A DNA stretch of 64,000 nucleotides from Candidatus Omnitrophota bacterium (GTDB lineage Bacteria > Omnitrophota > Gorgyraeia > Zapsychrales > Fredricksoniimonadaceae), in contig CAWHFJ010000014.1 in NCBI GenBank assembly GCA_963828495.1, forward strand, positions 105,538-169,537, given 5' to 3'. This document shows, piece after piece, positions 1 through 9,242 of this stretch. The position numbers were made by a program, and so were the translations under genes. Positions within the stretch are counted from its first letter, which is position 1. Every line of letters starts with the position of its first letter. The notes beneath the pieces are model-generated. The model made no database searches. It was not told the origin of the DNA and saw only the letters and a program-made list of their open reading frames with translations.

Positions 1-461
1 CACACATCACAAATGTCCGCCTTTTGAGAAGGCTTATAGATCACATGAAACAAGGCCCCGCATTTACGGCATAGTCGACGACCGGTCAGGCGTGCTAAAA
101 GAACTTCCACATCCGCTTCCAGGCTCAGCACACAATCTAAAGGCGCCTTGACACGCTCTAAGATCATGTCTAAATCCTGCGCTTGAGCGACCGTCCGAGG
201 AAACCCGTCAAACATAAAACCTTTACTCAAATCCAGACCATGTTCGACTTTGCCAACGACTAACTGAGTCACCAACTCATCCGAAACCAAAGCCCCTTTT
301 TCCATCAAGCTTTTAATCTCACGACCCAAGGCAGAGCCCTTCTTGGTTTCTTCACGCAACATATCGCCTGTGGCAATAGGCACCAGATGATATTTTCTTT
401 TCAAATGATCCGCCAAAGTCCCTTTGCCAACGCCCGGAGGTCCCAACAAAACTATTCTCAT
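1..461 (-). CDS. adk: adenylate kinase (partial; C-terminal end lies beyond the window start)
   Basis: Not in the ORF track because no stop lies in the window. The reverse complement of 420-461 reads MRIVLLGPPGVGKG (P-loop). The reverse complement of 3-71 reads CRKCGALFHVIYKPSQKADICDV (zinc lid). The ATG at 461-459 overlaps the secY stop at 460-458 as ATGA. Confidence 0.9.
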   Translation of the reverse strand, partial: MRIVLLGPPGVGKGTLADHLKRKYHLVPIATGDMLREETKKGSALGREIKSLMEKGALVSDELVTQLVVGKVEHGLDLSKGFMFDGFPRTVAQAQDLDMILERVKAPLDCVLSLEADVEVLLARLTGRRLCRKCGALFHVIYKPSQKADICDV

Positions 462-1816
462 CGTCTTCCCCGCAAATGTCCGCTTTTCATAAAACCCTCA
501 TAATGATGCATCTGCAAATGCGATTCAACCTGTTTCATGGTATCCAGCATAACACCGACGGTAATCAAAACGCCGGTACCTCCAAAAAAGGCAGCCACGG
601 TGTAGGGGACTTTAAAGGAAGCCATGATCCAATCCGGCATAACGGCGATAACGCATATAAACAAAGAACCCACGAGCGTAATACGGGTCAATACATAATC
701 CAGATAATCCGCGGTTTCTTTCCCCGGACGTATGCCCGGTACAAATCCGCCATGCTTCTTTAAATTCTCCGCCACATCCACGGGATTAAAAACAATGGCC
801 GTATAAAAATAACAGAAAAATATAATCAAGGTCGCGTAAATCACGTAATACGTTATCTGCCCGCGCTGGATCCAGGAAGCAATGTGCTGTAACCCGCTAT
901 GCGGCAGGAAAGATGCAATCGTGGCGGGGAACAAAATAATGGACTGCGCAAAAATGATGGCAATAATACCCGCTGTATCGACTTTCAAGGGAATAAAGGT
1001 CCCTTGGCCCACGGCTGTGGAGGTGGTCCCGGCCCGGCGTGCATACTGTACCGGAATGCGGCGCTGCCCCTGAGAAATCAAGGTCGTCGATATAATGACC
1101 GAAATTAAAAAGAACACCATCAGGACGATCGCAATCGGTTGTAATTGACCTGCACCGCTTTTAGGATCCAATAATAAACTCAGCTGATGATAGGCCGCCG
1201 GAGCCCTTGATAAAATACCGACCGTGATAATCAGTGACATCCCATTGCCTACCCCGCGCTCCTGAATGCGTTCGCCTAACCACATCAAAAAAACAGTACC
1301 CGCCGTTAAGGTCATCACCGTCGTAAAACGGAACCCCCAGCCCGGATTGGCCACGATTGACAGGCCACCAAAACTAGTCGGACTTTCAAGCCAAAGAGCG
1401 ATAAAAAACGACTGTACTATCGCCAGTCCCACCGTACCGTAGCGGGTATACTGGTTGATTTTCTTGTAACCGGCCTGGCCTTCTTTGGAAATCTTCTCCA
1501 GTGAAGGGATGACCGCCGTCAACAGCTGCATGATAATGGAACTGGAAATATACGGCATGACCCCCAGAGAGAGCACCGTCATTTTCCCCAGAGCGCCCCC
1601 TGAGAACATGTCCATGATGCCAAACACGTTGCCGCCGCCGTTGGCGCTGCTCATTTTTTGAAAGAACTCGTTTAAAGCCGCCCCATTAATGCCGGGGGTC
1701 GGGATATAACAGCCTAAACGATAAACCGCAAGGATCCCTAACGTAAAAAGGATTTTTTGGCGTAACTCAGGGACTTTAAAACAGTTTGAAAACCCTTTTA
1801 AAAATTGGGAGATCAT
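458..1816 (-). CDS. secY: preprotein translocase subunit SecY
   Basis: 452-aa polytopic membrane ORF. The N-terminus is SecY-like (ELRQKILFTLGILAVYRLG..IPTPGIN). It sits in the canonical position after rplO. Confidence 0.97.
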   Translation of the reverse strand: MISQFLKGFSNCFKVPELRQKILFTLGILAVYRLGCYIPTPGINGAALNEFFQKMSSANGGGNVFGIMDMFSGGALGKMTVLSLGVMPYISSSIIMQLLTAVIPSLEKISKEGQAGYKKINQYTRYGTVGLAIVQSFFIALWLESPTSFGGLSIVANPGWGFRFTTVMTLTAGTVFLMWLGERIQERGVGNGMSLIITVGILSRAPAAYHQLSLLLDPKSGAGQLQPIAIVLMVFFLISVIISTTLISQGQRRIPVQYARRAGTTSTAVGQGTFIPLKVDTAGIIAIIFAQSIILFPATIASFLPHSGLQHIASWIQRGQITYYVIYATLIIFFCYFYTAIVFNPVDVAENLKKHGGFVPGIRPGKETADYLDYVLTRITLVGSLFICVIAVMPDWIMASFKVPYTVAAFFGGTGVLITVGVMLDTMKQVESHLQMHHYEGFMKSGHLRGRR

Positions 1817-1822
1817 AAGATG

Positions 1823-2266
1823 TTAAGACAAAATTTCGGTTTTTCCGCCGGCTTTGGTGATTTTATCCAAAGCGACCTTGGAAAAACGATGCGCCTGCAC
1901 CGTCAATTTCTTGGCTACTTCTCCCCCGCTTAAAATTTTTACCGGTTGCAACAAAGATCTGATCAAATTGGCACTTTTTAAAAGTTCGGGGGTGACGAGT
2001 GTCCCTTCTTCAAAACAGTTAAGGCTTGCACAATTAACCACCTGATACCTGGCAGGCCACTTACTGTTAAAACCGACCTTGGGTAGCCGGCGCAGCAAAG
2101 GCATCTGACCGCCTTCATAAGCTAACAATACACCGCGCCCCGAACGGCAATTTTGACCGGTTTGACCGCGTCCGGAACGCTTCCCGTGACCGGTGCCTCG
2201 TCCGCGACCGACGATTTTCTTAGCCTTGCGGGAGCCTTCAGGGCTTCGTAACTGATGGACTTGCAT
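1823..2266 (-). CDS. rplO: 50S ribosomal protein L15
   Basis: 147 aa. [34 protein letters not shown] is the L15 N-terminal signature. Position matches spc-operon synteny. Confidence 0.95.
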   Translation of the reverse strand: MQVHQLRSPEGSRKAKKIVGRGRGTGHGKRSGRGQTGQNCRSGRGVLLAYEGGQMPLLRRLPKVGFNSKWPARYQVVNCASLNCFEEGTLVTPELLKSANLIRSLLQPVKILSGGEVAKKLTVQAHRFSKVALDKITKAGGKTEILS

Positions 2267-2945
2267 TGGATGTATCCCCTGTTTCTTGACGTACAGCCTT
2301 CAAGCGGGACAAACCGTCGAAGGTAGCCTTGACCACATTGATAGGATTATTAGAACGATGACACTTGGTTAAAATATTAGAAATACCCGCGCCATCACAA
2401 ACAGCGCGCACGGCACCCGACGCAATGACCCCGGTCCCTTCAGAAGCGGGTTTAAGCAATACAATGGCAGAGCCGCATTGACCGATAATTTCATGAGTAA
2501 TCGTCGTACCCCGACGAGCAATGACGATCATTTGTTTACGGGCCGCCGCCAGACCTTTTTTGATAGCCGTGGCCACCTCCCCGGCTTTGCCCAAACCATA
2601 ACCCGCCTTGCCTTTGCCGTCACCCACAACCACCAGCGCTGAAAATGCCAGACGCGTACCGCCCTTGGTCGTTTTAGACACCCGGTTGATAGAAACAACT
2701 TTTTCTATTAAACCACTGTCTGTCAAAGACGGCTTCTTTGTAAAAGCACGACGTTCACCCCCGCGTTTGCGACCACCTCTATTAAAAGGAGCTCCGGGGG
2801 CCGGTTGTGGCGCGGCCTCAGGTGTCTGAACAGCAACCTCTTCAGGCAGAGCCGCTGCTTCAGTTTCTTGGGCCAAAATTTGCTCGGCTTGAGCCGGGGT
2901 TTTAACAGCTAATTCTTTTTCGTCAATTTTTTTAATGTCTTTCAT
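2238..2945 (-). CDS. rpsE: 30S ribosomal protein S5 with a roughly 65-70 aa N-terminal extension
   Basis: 235 aa. The S5 core starts near residue 79 ([34 protein letters not shown]). An acidic/Pro/Ala-rich then RGG-like extension precedes it. Overlaps rplO by 29 nt, and no L30 gene lies between them. Confidence 0.93.
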   Translation of the reverse strand: MKDIKKIDEKELAVKTPAQAEQILAQETEAAALPEEVAVQTPEAAPQPAPGAPFNRGGRKRGGERRAFTKKPSLTDSGLIEKVVSINRVSKTTKGGTRLAFSALVVVGDGKGKAGYGLGKAGEVATAIKKGLAAARKQMIVIARRGTTITHEIIGQCGSAIVLLKPASEGTGVIASGAVRAVCDGAGISNILTKCHRSNNPINVVKATFDGLSRLKAVRQETGDTSNASPSVTKP

Positions 2946-2951
2946 AGATGA

Positions 2952-3314
2952 TTAAAACTCCAATCCGCCACGCCGGGCGGCTTCGGCAAACGCTTTAACA
3001 CGCCCGTGATATAAATACCCGCCACGGTCAAAAGCGACCTTTTTAATGCCTTTTTTAATGGCCTCCGCGGCCAAGATCTCTCCTAAAATGCTCGCGGCAC
3101 TGACATTCCCGCCGGATTTAATTTTCTTTTTTACATCTTTAGCCAGGGTCGATTTGCCCATCAATATTTTACCCGCCGCATCATCGATAATTTGGGCCTG
3201 CAGATTATTCAAAGATCTATGCAAACACAGACGAGGACGCTGGGGTGTTCCGCTTAAAACGTCACGGATGCGTTGATGGCGATGGAGTCTTTGTTGTTCT
3301 TTAATGTTTAACAT
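2952..3314 (-). CDS. rplR: 50S ribosomal protein L18
   Basis: 120 aa. The C-terminus FDRGGYLYHGRVKAFAEAARRGGLEF is typical of L18. Synteny supports the call. Confidence 0.95.
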   Translation of the reverse strand: MLNIKEQQRLHRHQRIRDVLSGTPQRPRLCLHRSLNNLQAQIIDDAAGKILMGKSTLAKDVKKKIKSGGNVSAASILGEILAAEAIKKGIKKVAFDRGGYLYHGRVKAFAEAARRGGLEF

Positions 3315-3315
3315 A

Positions 3316-3855
3316 TTATTTTGTCACCTGTTTACCCTGTTTGCGTCTAACTATTTCACCGGCATAACGAATGCCTTTGCCCTTATAGGGTTCCGGCGGT
3401 TTAAAGCCGCGGATTTTGGCTGCCACCAGCCCCACCAAAGATTTATCAACCCCTTCCACGGAAATCTCCGTCGGCTTGGCCGACGTCACTTTCACGTCTT
3501 TGGGAAATTCATACTCCACCGGATGAGAAAATCCGACGCTTAAAACGAGCTTACTTCCCTGTATCGCGGCACGAAAACCAACGCCCTGGATTTCCAAATC
3601 TCTTTTATGCCCCTGGCTCACACCGGCGCACATATTTTCAATCAATCGCTTGGTTGTCCCATGATTGGAACGGGCCTGCTTACTGTCGGCTTGACGATGG
3701 ACAAACAGCTTATTGTCTTTTTGTTCCAAAACCACGTCCGACGGGATCGCCATGGACAATTTGCCCTTGGGGCCTTCCACGTTCACATGGATCTTATCAA
3801 AAGAAATCTTCACATTCTTGGGTAAATCAACCGGTGTTTTTGCAAGCCTGGACAT
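3316..3855 (-). CDS. rplF: 50S ribosomal protein L6
   Basis: 179 aa, starting MSRLAKTPVDLPKNVKISF. Lies between S8 and L18 as expected. Confidence 0.95.
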   Translation of the reverse strand: MSRLAKTPVDLPKNVKISFDKIHVNVEGPKGKLSMAIPSDVVLEQKDNKLFVHRQADSKQARSNHGTTKRLIENMCAGVSQGHKRDLEIQGVGFRAAIQGSKLVLSVGFSHPVEYEFPKDVKVTSAKPTEISVEGVDKSLVGLVAAKIRGFKPPEPYKGKGIRYAGEIVRRKQGKQVTK

Positions 3856-3864
3856 AGAACATCC

Positions 3865-4260
3865 TTACCAAATATAGCAGAGTACTTCCCCGCCGATTTT
3901 TAATTTACGCGCTTCGCGGTCTGAAATCAACCCCTTGGAGCTGGAAATGACCGCCGTGCCCAGACCATTAAGAACTTTGGGGATACGGTTATTATGCGTG
4001 TACACACGCAAGCCCGGACGCGAGATACGTTTGATCCCCAGGATCAACGGCTTATTGTTTTCATATTTTAAATAGACTTTGAGGAGGCCCTGCTTGTTGT
4101 CTTTCAATAAACGGCAATCCTCAATGTAACCGTCATTCTTAAAAATAGTCATCATGCGCTCGAGTAATTTAGAAGCCGGAAATTCAACAGTCTCTTTGTG
4201 CGCGGCTATGGCGTTACGTAAAATAGTTAGTGTATCAGCGACCGGATCAGAAACAGACAT
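3865..4260 (-). CDS. rpsH: 30S ribosomal protein S8
   Basis: 131 aa. Contains DPVADTLTILRNA and ends GGEVLCYIW. Confidence 0.95.
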   Translation of the reverse strand: MSVSDPVADTLTILRNAIAAHKETVEFPASKLLERMMTIFKNDGYIEDCRLLKDNKQGLLKVYLKYENNKPLILGIKRISRPGLRVYTHNNRIPKVLNGLGTAVISSSKGLISDREARKLKIGGEVLCYIW

Positions 4261-4304
4261 TTAATTTCCTCTTTGTTACCCTTCCGGGAATGACACCTGA
4301 TAAA

Positions 4305-4490
4305 CTACCAACTGGCTTTTTTAATTCCTGGGATCTCACCCTTCCATGACAGTTCCCTAAAACAGATACGGCATATGCCAAAACGCCGCAAATACCCGCG
4401 TGGACGACCGCACAACCCGCAACGGTTATGTTGACGCACAGAAAATTTAGGGGCTGCTAAAGATTTATTAATTAAAGACTTTCTGGCCAT
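4305..4490 (-). CDS. rpsN: 30S ribosomal protein S14, zinc-binding Z type
   Basis: 61 aa from the ATG at 4490, with AAGGGAG just upstream. [17 protein letters not shown] form two CxxC pairs. The ORF-track start at 4505 is a TTG that would add 5 aa. Confidence 0.92.
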   Translation of the reverse strand: MARKSLINKSLAAPKFSVRQHNRCGLCGRPRGYLRRFGICRICFRELSWKGEIPGIKKASW

Positions 4491-4509
4491 AACTCCCTTT
4501 CCCAACTGA

Positions 4510-4543
4510 GCCCCGCTGCTTTGGTCTAAACCCTAAGCGGGGC
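4510..4543 (-). promoter_or_regulatory. intercistronic GC-rich stem-loop between rplE and rpsN
   Basis: GCCCCGCT (4510-4517) pairs with AGCGGGGC (4536-4543): an 8-bp perfect stem with an 18-nt loop. It sits between the rplE stop (4550) and the rpsN SD/start. On the mRNA strand the U-run comes before the stem, so this is not a classical terminator. Confidence 0.45.
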
Positions 4544-4549
4544 AAAAAA

Positions 4550-5098
4550 TTACTGTTTGCTAAAAGGCATCCCTAAAAGGCGCAAGACTTCAAAATTCTG
4601 GTCTTTATTGCCGCCTTCAAAAACAAAAGAGATGTCCATGCCCTGAATGCGATGGTCCCTGGCACTCGCGTCGATCTCAGGGAAAATGCCCTGGTCGGAA
4701 ATGCCCAGCGTATAATTACCGTCGCGGTCAAAAGCCTTGCGGGAGGTCCCGTTAAAATCCCGAATACGCGGTAAGGATGCGTTCACCAAACGGTCTAAGA
4801 ATTCATACATCCGCGCACGCCGTAACGTCACTTTGCAGCCGATGGGCAGGTTCTCCCGTAACTTAAAATTGGAAATGGCCTTCTTAGCCCGACGGACCAT
4901 CGGCTTCTGACCCGTTATCGTCGCCAAATTCTCAGCGGCGCGGTCTAAAAGTTTCACATCTCCGATGGCCTCACCGACCCCCATGTTAACAACAATTTTG
5001 GACAAATGCGGCACCGCCATGGGATTCTTGATCTTAAATTTTTCCTGCATTTGAGGGATCACCTCTTTGCGATATTTTTCTAATAAACGGGCAGCCAC
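4550..5098 (-). CDS. rplE: 50S ribosomal protein L5
   Basis: 182 aa. Contains NPMAVPHLSKIVVNMGVGEA. Synteny supports the call. Confidence 0.95.
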   Translation of the reverse strand: MAARLLEKYRKEVIPQMQEKFKIKNPMAVPHLSKIVVNMGVGEAIGDVKLLDRAAENLATITGQKPMVRRAKKAISNFKLRENLPIGCKVTLRRARMYEFLDRLVNASLPRIRDFNGTSRKAFDRDGNYTLGISDQGIFPEIDASARDHRIQGMDISFVFEGGNKDQNFEVLRLLGMPFSKQ

Positions 5099-5116
5099 TT
5101 GTTCTTCCCTCTTTCT

Positions 5117-5428
5117 TTAGACGACTTCACTGGTGAGCAATGCTATGCGCTCTTTGGAACCGTCTTTTAAAACTTTGACTGAAAAACGGGTAGGGCTATT
5201 GGACTTTTTGTCCACCAACATAAGATTTGCCAACGCCACCGGTTTTTCCAACTCAACATACCCCCCCTGCGGATAGGTATCAGATTTCTTCACAGATTTT
5301 TTGACCACATTGATATTAGCAATGACCGCCGTACTTTTTTTAGGGTAAACCCGTATGACTTTACCGGTCTTGCCCTTGTCCTTGCCGGCCATGACCATCA
5401 CTGTATCATCTCGACGGATACGCAACAT
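5117..5428 (-). CDS. rplX: 50S ribosomal protein L24
   Basis: 103 aa. KOW motif VMVMAGKDKGKTGKV. Confidence 0.94.
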   Translation of the reverse strand: MLRIRRDDTVMVMAGKDKGKTGKVIRVYPKKSTAVIANINVVKKSVKKSDTYPQGGYVELEKPVALANLMLVDKKSNSPTRFSVKVLKDGSKERIALLTSEVV

Positions 5429-5429
5429 A

Positions 5430-5798
5430 TTAAACCACCTCTGGCGCTAAAGAAATTATTTTCATATATTCCATATTGCGCAACTCGCGCGCCACGGGCC
5501 CGAAAACACGCGTACCTCTGGGGTTGCCCGCGTCATCAATAATGACGACCGCATTGCTGTCAAAACGCACATACGTACCGTCCGTACGGCGAATGGATTT
5601 CTTGGTCCGCACAATAATACCTTTGGCCATACTGCCTTTTTTAACCACAGCATCCGGCGTGCTTTCTTTGACATTGACACGAACAATATCGCCCACCTGG
5701 GCCCACATCTTGCCCTTGGCTTTCAAGACGCCGATCAAAGAGGCTTTACGGGCACCGGTGTTATCTGCTACATCTAAAATTGTCTTTAATTGAATCAT
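5430..5798 (-). CDS. rplN: 50S ribosomal protein L14
   Basis: 122 aa, starting MIQLKTILDVADNTGARK. Confidence 0.96.
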   Translation of the reverse strand: MIQLKTILDVADNTGARKASLIGVLKAKGKMWAQVGDIVRVNVKESTPDAVVKKGSMAKGIIVRTKKSIRRTDGTYVRFDSNAVVIIDDAGNPRGTRVFGPVARELRNMEYMKIISLAPEVV

Positions 5799-5807
5799 AG
5801 ACGTTCC

Positions 5808-6068
5808 TCAAACCTTAGACCCCACAACCTCGCTGATAATCCAGCGCTTATCTTTCGACAAGGGCCGTGTTTCCATAATAAGAACGACATCCCCGGTTTT
5901 GGCGATATTCTTCTCGTCATGGGCTTTATATTTGACAAGATTACGCACCTGTTTTTCATACTTGGCGTGCTTATGGACTTTGCCAACTTGCACCACGCGG
6001 GTCTTGTCCATTTTATCGCTGACGACTACAGCCGTCAAAAATCTGCGACGGTTAACTCTGTTTTCCAT
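5808..6068 (-). CDS. rpsQ: 30S ribosomal protein S17
   Basis: 86 aa. Contains VVVSDKMDKTRVV. Overlaps rpmC by 17 nt. Confidence 0.93.
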   Translation of the reverse strand: MENRVNRRRFLTAVVVSDKMDKTRVVQVGKVHKHAKYEKQVRNLVKYKAHDEKNIAKTGDVVLIMETRPLSKDKRWIISEVVGSKV

Positions 6069-6255
6069 GAATTTGTCTTTCTTTTAAAACTGTTAAAATA
6101 CGGGCAATATCTCTCCTTAAATTACGGAAACTAGCCGGTTTCTCCACACGTCCCATCTGGCGGTGGGATTCCATATCAAAAATGTCTTTCTTTAACTGTT
6201 TTTCCTTTACGATCAAATCATCTTCAGTTAAATTTTCCAAATCTTTGATCTTCAT
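6052..6255 (-). CDS. rpmC: 50S ribosomal protein L29
   Basis: 67 aa helical protein ending in LRRDIARILTVLKER. Lies between L16 and S17. Confidence 0.92.
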   Translation of the reverse strand: MKIKDLENLTEDDLIVKEKQLKKDIFDMESHRQMGRVEKPASFRNLRRDIARILTVLKERQIHGKQS

Positions 6256-6265
6256 ATATACCCTT

Positions 6266-6685
6266 CTATTGACCGGCGGAGCGAATAATGAATTTGGTCC
6301 TTACCGACAGCTTAAAGGCGACTAAACGCAAAACCTGTTTCGCAAAATCTTCCGGCACGCCGCCTAATTCAAAAACGACTTTACCGCGCTTGACCACGGC
6401 CACCCAATGATCCAAATCACCCTTACCCTTACCCATACGGGTTTCCGCCGGCTTTTTGGTGATCGATTTATGCGGGAACGCATTAATCCATAATTTCCCG
6501 GAACCGCGCAATTTGCGGGCCACCACCACACGGGAAGCTTCCAGTTGTCGGGCGGGAATAAACCCGTTTTCAATGGCTTTCAAACCATATTCGCCAAAAT
6601 GCATCTGGGCGCCGGTGGTTGCAACACCTCGGGATTTACCCTTTTGGCTTTTACGGTATTTAACTCTTTTAGGCATCAACAACAT
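6266..6685 (-). CDS. rplP: 50S ribosomal protein L16
   Basis: 139 aa, starting MLLMPKRVKYRKSQKGKSRG. Confidence 0.96.
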   Translation of the reverse strand: MLLMPKRVKYRKSQKGKSRGVATTGAQMHFGEYGLKAIENGFIPARQLEASRVVVARKLRGSGKLWINAFPHKSITKKPAETRMGKGKGDLDHWVAVVKRGKVVFELGGVPEDFAKQVLRLVAFKLSVRTKFIIRSAGQ

Positions 6686-6705
6686 AAATGAAAAATCCTC
6701 TCACG

Positions 6706-7449
6706 TTATTCTGCCGCGACTACAGGCACGGCCGGCGGGACTATCGGTTCGACAGGTAAACTCACAGGGGCCGCTGCCGCTGCCACTGCGCTAGCTTGAA
6801 TTTCTTCCTGATCCTTAATCACATCCCCCTTATAAATCCAGACCTTGACCCCCAAAAGACCGTAGGTCGTCTTGGCTTCTGCAAAACCATAATCAATGTC
6901 CGCACGAAAAGTATGCAGAGGGACCTTGCCCTCGTGATATTTCTCGGTACGGGCCATTTCAGCGCCCCCCAAACGGCCGGCACAACGGATCTTGATACCT
7001 TTAGCACCGGCAGCGCGGGACTGTTCAATCGCACGTTTCATGGCACGACGAAAGGCCACCCGTTTCTCCAGCTGAAAAGCCACGGCCTGGGCCACCAATT
7101 GCGCGTCCACATTAGGATTTTTGATTTCCTGAATATCAATAACAATTTTATCCATGTCTTTCTTGGTAATATCTTTAAGCTCGGCGCGCAAACGGTCGAT
7201 GTCAGCCCCACGACGGCCGATGATAACCCCGGGACGCGCGGTATGAATACGCACTTTAACCTGCTCGGCTAAACGCTCGATAACAATCATGGAAACAGCG
7301 GCCTGCTCAAATTTTTCACGGATATATTTGCGGATCTTAAAGTCCTGCTGAATATTATCAGCATATTCACGGCGTTGGGCAAACCAAAGGCTGCGCCAAT
7401 TTTTGGTGTATCCGAGTCTTAACGCTAACGGATGAACTTTTTGACCCAC
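6706..7449 (-). CDS. rpsC: 30S ribosomal protein S3
   Basis: 247 aa with a GTG start. Starts MGQKVHPLALRLGYTKNW. Carries a roughly 35-aa Ala/Pro/Val-rich C-terminal tail. Confidence 0.95.
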   Translation of the reverse strand: MGQKVHPLALRLGYTKNWRSLWFAQRREYADNIQQDFKIRKYIREKFEQAAVSMIVIERLAEQVKVRIHTARPGVIIGRRGADIDRLRAELKDITKKDMDKIVIDIQEIKNPNVDAQLVAQAVAFQLEKRVAFRRAMKRAIEQSRAAGAKGIKIRCAGRLGGAEMARTEKYHEGKVPLHTFRADIDYGFAEAKTTYGLLGVKVWIYKGDVIKDQEEIQASAVAAAAAPVSLPVEPIVPPAVPVVAAE

Positions 7450-7470
7450 AGTGGTATCTCTCCTTTAGGA

Positions 7471-7501
7471 CCCCGCCGCTTGGCCATCTGGCCAGGCGGG
7501 G
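7471..7501 (-). promoter_or_regulatory. intercistronic GC-rich stem-loop abutting the rplV stop
   Basis: CCCCGCC (7471-7477) pairs with GGCGGGG (7495-7501). An inner TGGCC/GGCCA helix surrounds ATCT. The structure starts 1 nt after the rplV stop (7502-7504) and ends about 20 nt upstream of the rpsC GTG. Confidence 0.45.
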
Positions 7502-7837
7502 CTATTTTGTTTTAATATCTAATTCCACGGTTAAATGCGTTGTCCGACGTAAAATCGGGGTGGCCCTGCCAAATGAGGCCGCACGAAAACGTTTCCAGGC
7601 ACCGCCATGGTTGGCGCTAATCGCTTTAATATATAACTGCTCTTCGCTTAAACCTTTTTGCTTGGCATTGTTGACCGCGGAATCCAGTACTTTTTTGACC
7701 AAAGCGCTGGCCCCCTTATTGATCTGGGCCAACAGAGCCGTTGACGTCAGAACATCCTTGCCGCGGATGGCGTCAATCACCTGGCGCATTTTCATGGAAG
7801 ATACTCTTAAATACTTTCCCCTAGCAATAGCTATCAT
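7502..7837 (-). CDS. rplV: 50S ribosomal protein L22
   Basis: 111 aa. Lies between S19 and S3, with an ATGA overlap with rpsS. Confidence 0.94.
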   Translation of the reverse strand: MIAIARGKYLRVSSMKMRQVIDAIRGKDVLTSTALLAQINKGASALVKKVLDSAVNNAKQKGLSEEQLYIKAISANHGGAWKRFRAASFGRATPILRRTTHLTVELDIKTK

Positions 7838-8121
7838 TTCTTCTGCATCGCTTTCTTGGCCTTAACACCGCCATGCGCTTTAAAAGTACGGGTCGCGACA
7901 AAATCCCCTAATTTCATACCCACCATATTTTCGGTCACAAACACCGGTATATGTTTACGACCATCATGGACCGCAAACGTATACCCTACAAAATTAGGAA
8001 TAATCGTCGAACGGCGCGACCAGGTTTTGATCGGCTGGCGCTGACCGCTTTGAACAACCTTATCAAACCTGCGGGTCAAAGATTCTTCGACATACGCGCC
8101 TTTTTTAACAGAACGGCCCAT
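7834..8121 (-). CDS. rpsS: 30S ribosomal protein S19
   Basis: 95 aa from the ATG at 8121 ([15 protein letters not shown]). Contains [23 protein letters not shown]. The longer track ORF (to 8145) would overlap the rplB end. The ATG sits 1 nt after the rplB stop. Confidence 0.93.
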   Translation of the reverse strand: MGRSVKKGAYVEESLTRRFDKVVQSGQRQPIKTWSRRSTIIPNFVGYTFAVHDGRKHIPVFVTENMVGMKLGDFVATRTFKAHGGVKAKKAMQKK

Positions 8122-8122
8122 T

Positions 8123-8962
8123 TTACTTTGTCCTTCTTCTGACAATCATTTGGTTAGAATATTTACGACGACTACGCGTCTTATAACCTTTAGTCGGTTT
8201 ACCCCACGGGGTCACCGGATGAGGATTCCCTTGAGGCGCTTTACCTTCACCACCGCCATGCGGATGGTCTACCGGATTCATGACCACACCGCGTGACTGC
8301 GGACGGCGGCCCAACCAACGGCTGCGCCCGGCTTTACCAATCAAAACAGTTTCATTTTCCACATTGCTTAACTGACCGATGGTGGCACGGCAATCAATGG
8401 ACACCTTACGCACTTCACTCGAGGGTAGACGCAGATGAGCCACACTTCCCTCTTTAGCAATCAATTGCGCGGATGTACCGGCACTGCTGGCGAGTTGACC
8501 GCCATTGCCGGGTTTTAATTCAATATTATGAATGCCCGTGCCCAAAGGAATTTTAGACAGCGGCAGACAATTGCCGGCCAACATATCCACATCGGCATTA
8601 TTAGTACTGACAATCACATGGCCGACGCGTAAATCAACAGGGGCCAAAATATAAGATTTGCTTTTGTCAGTTTTGTACTGGATAAGCGCAATACGACACG
8701 TGCGGTTAGGGTCATATTCAATGCCCAGCACTTCGGCCGGATCATCCATACGGGTCCGCTTAAAATCAATGATGCGATACATACGCTTGTGCCCAGAGCC
8801 GCGGTGACGCGAGGTGATACGGCCATACGAATTACGTCCACCCGTACCCTTGATAGGTTCCAGTAACGACTTTTCAGGTTTCCCCTTGGTCAGTTCACTG
8901 AAATCCGGCAACACCGCGTGACGAACACCATTCGTGAATGGCTTAAAACGTTTGAGACCCAT
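8123..8962 (-). CDS. rplB: 50S ribosomal protein L2
   Basis: 279 aa. Contains [19 protein letters not shown] and HPHGGGEGK. Confidence 0.97.
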   Translation of the reverse strand: MGLKRFKPFTNGVRHAVLPDFSELTKGKPEKSLLEPIKGTGGRNSYGRITSRHRGSGHKRMYRIIDFKRTRMDDPAEVLGIEYDPNRTCRIALIQYKTDKSKSYILAPVDLRVGHVIVSTNNADVDMLAGNCLPLSKIPLGTGIHNIELKPGNGGQLASSAGTSAQLIAKEGSVAHLRLPSSEVRKVSIDCRATIGQLSNVENETVLIGKAGRSRWLGRRPQSRGVVMNPVDHPHGGGEGKAPQGNPHPVTPWGKPTKGYKTRSRRKYSNQMIVRRRTK

Positions 8963-8963
8963 T

Positions 8964-9242
8964 TTATACGCCCTCTATTTTCTGCCCCTCTTTAAGAGAG
9001 ACAATAGCTTTTTTCCAACCCGTCGTGTAACCGGCACGGTTCCGTACGCGCTTGAGTTTACCCGGCACATGGGTCGTGTTGACCGCATCTACCTTGACCT
9101 TGTAAATCTCTTCCACCGCGCGTTTGACGTCGATCTTGCTGGCCGGGGTTGCGACACGAAAAAGATATTTGCGTTCTTTTTCCAAAGTACTGCTTTTTTC
9201 CGTCCGCACCAATGCTTTGACAATATCGTAACAAGTGATCAT
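8964..9242 (-). CDS. rplW: 50S ribosomal protein L23
   Basis: 92 aa. Lies between L4 and L2. Starts at the ATG at 9242. Confidence 0.93.
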   Translation of the reverse strand: MITCYDIVKALVRTEKSSTLEKERKYLFRVATPASKIDVKRAVEEIYKVKVDAVNTTHVPGKLKRVRNRAGYTTGWKKAIVSLKEGQKIEGV

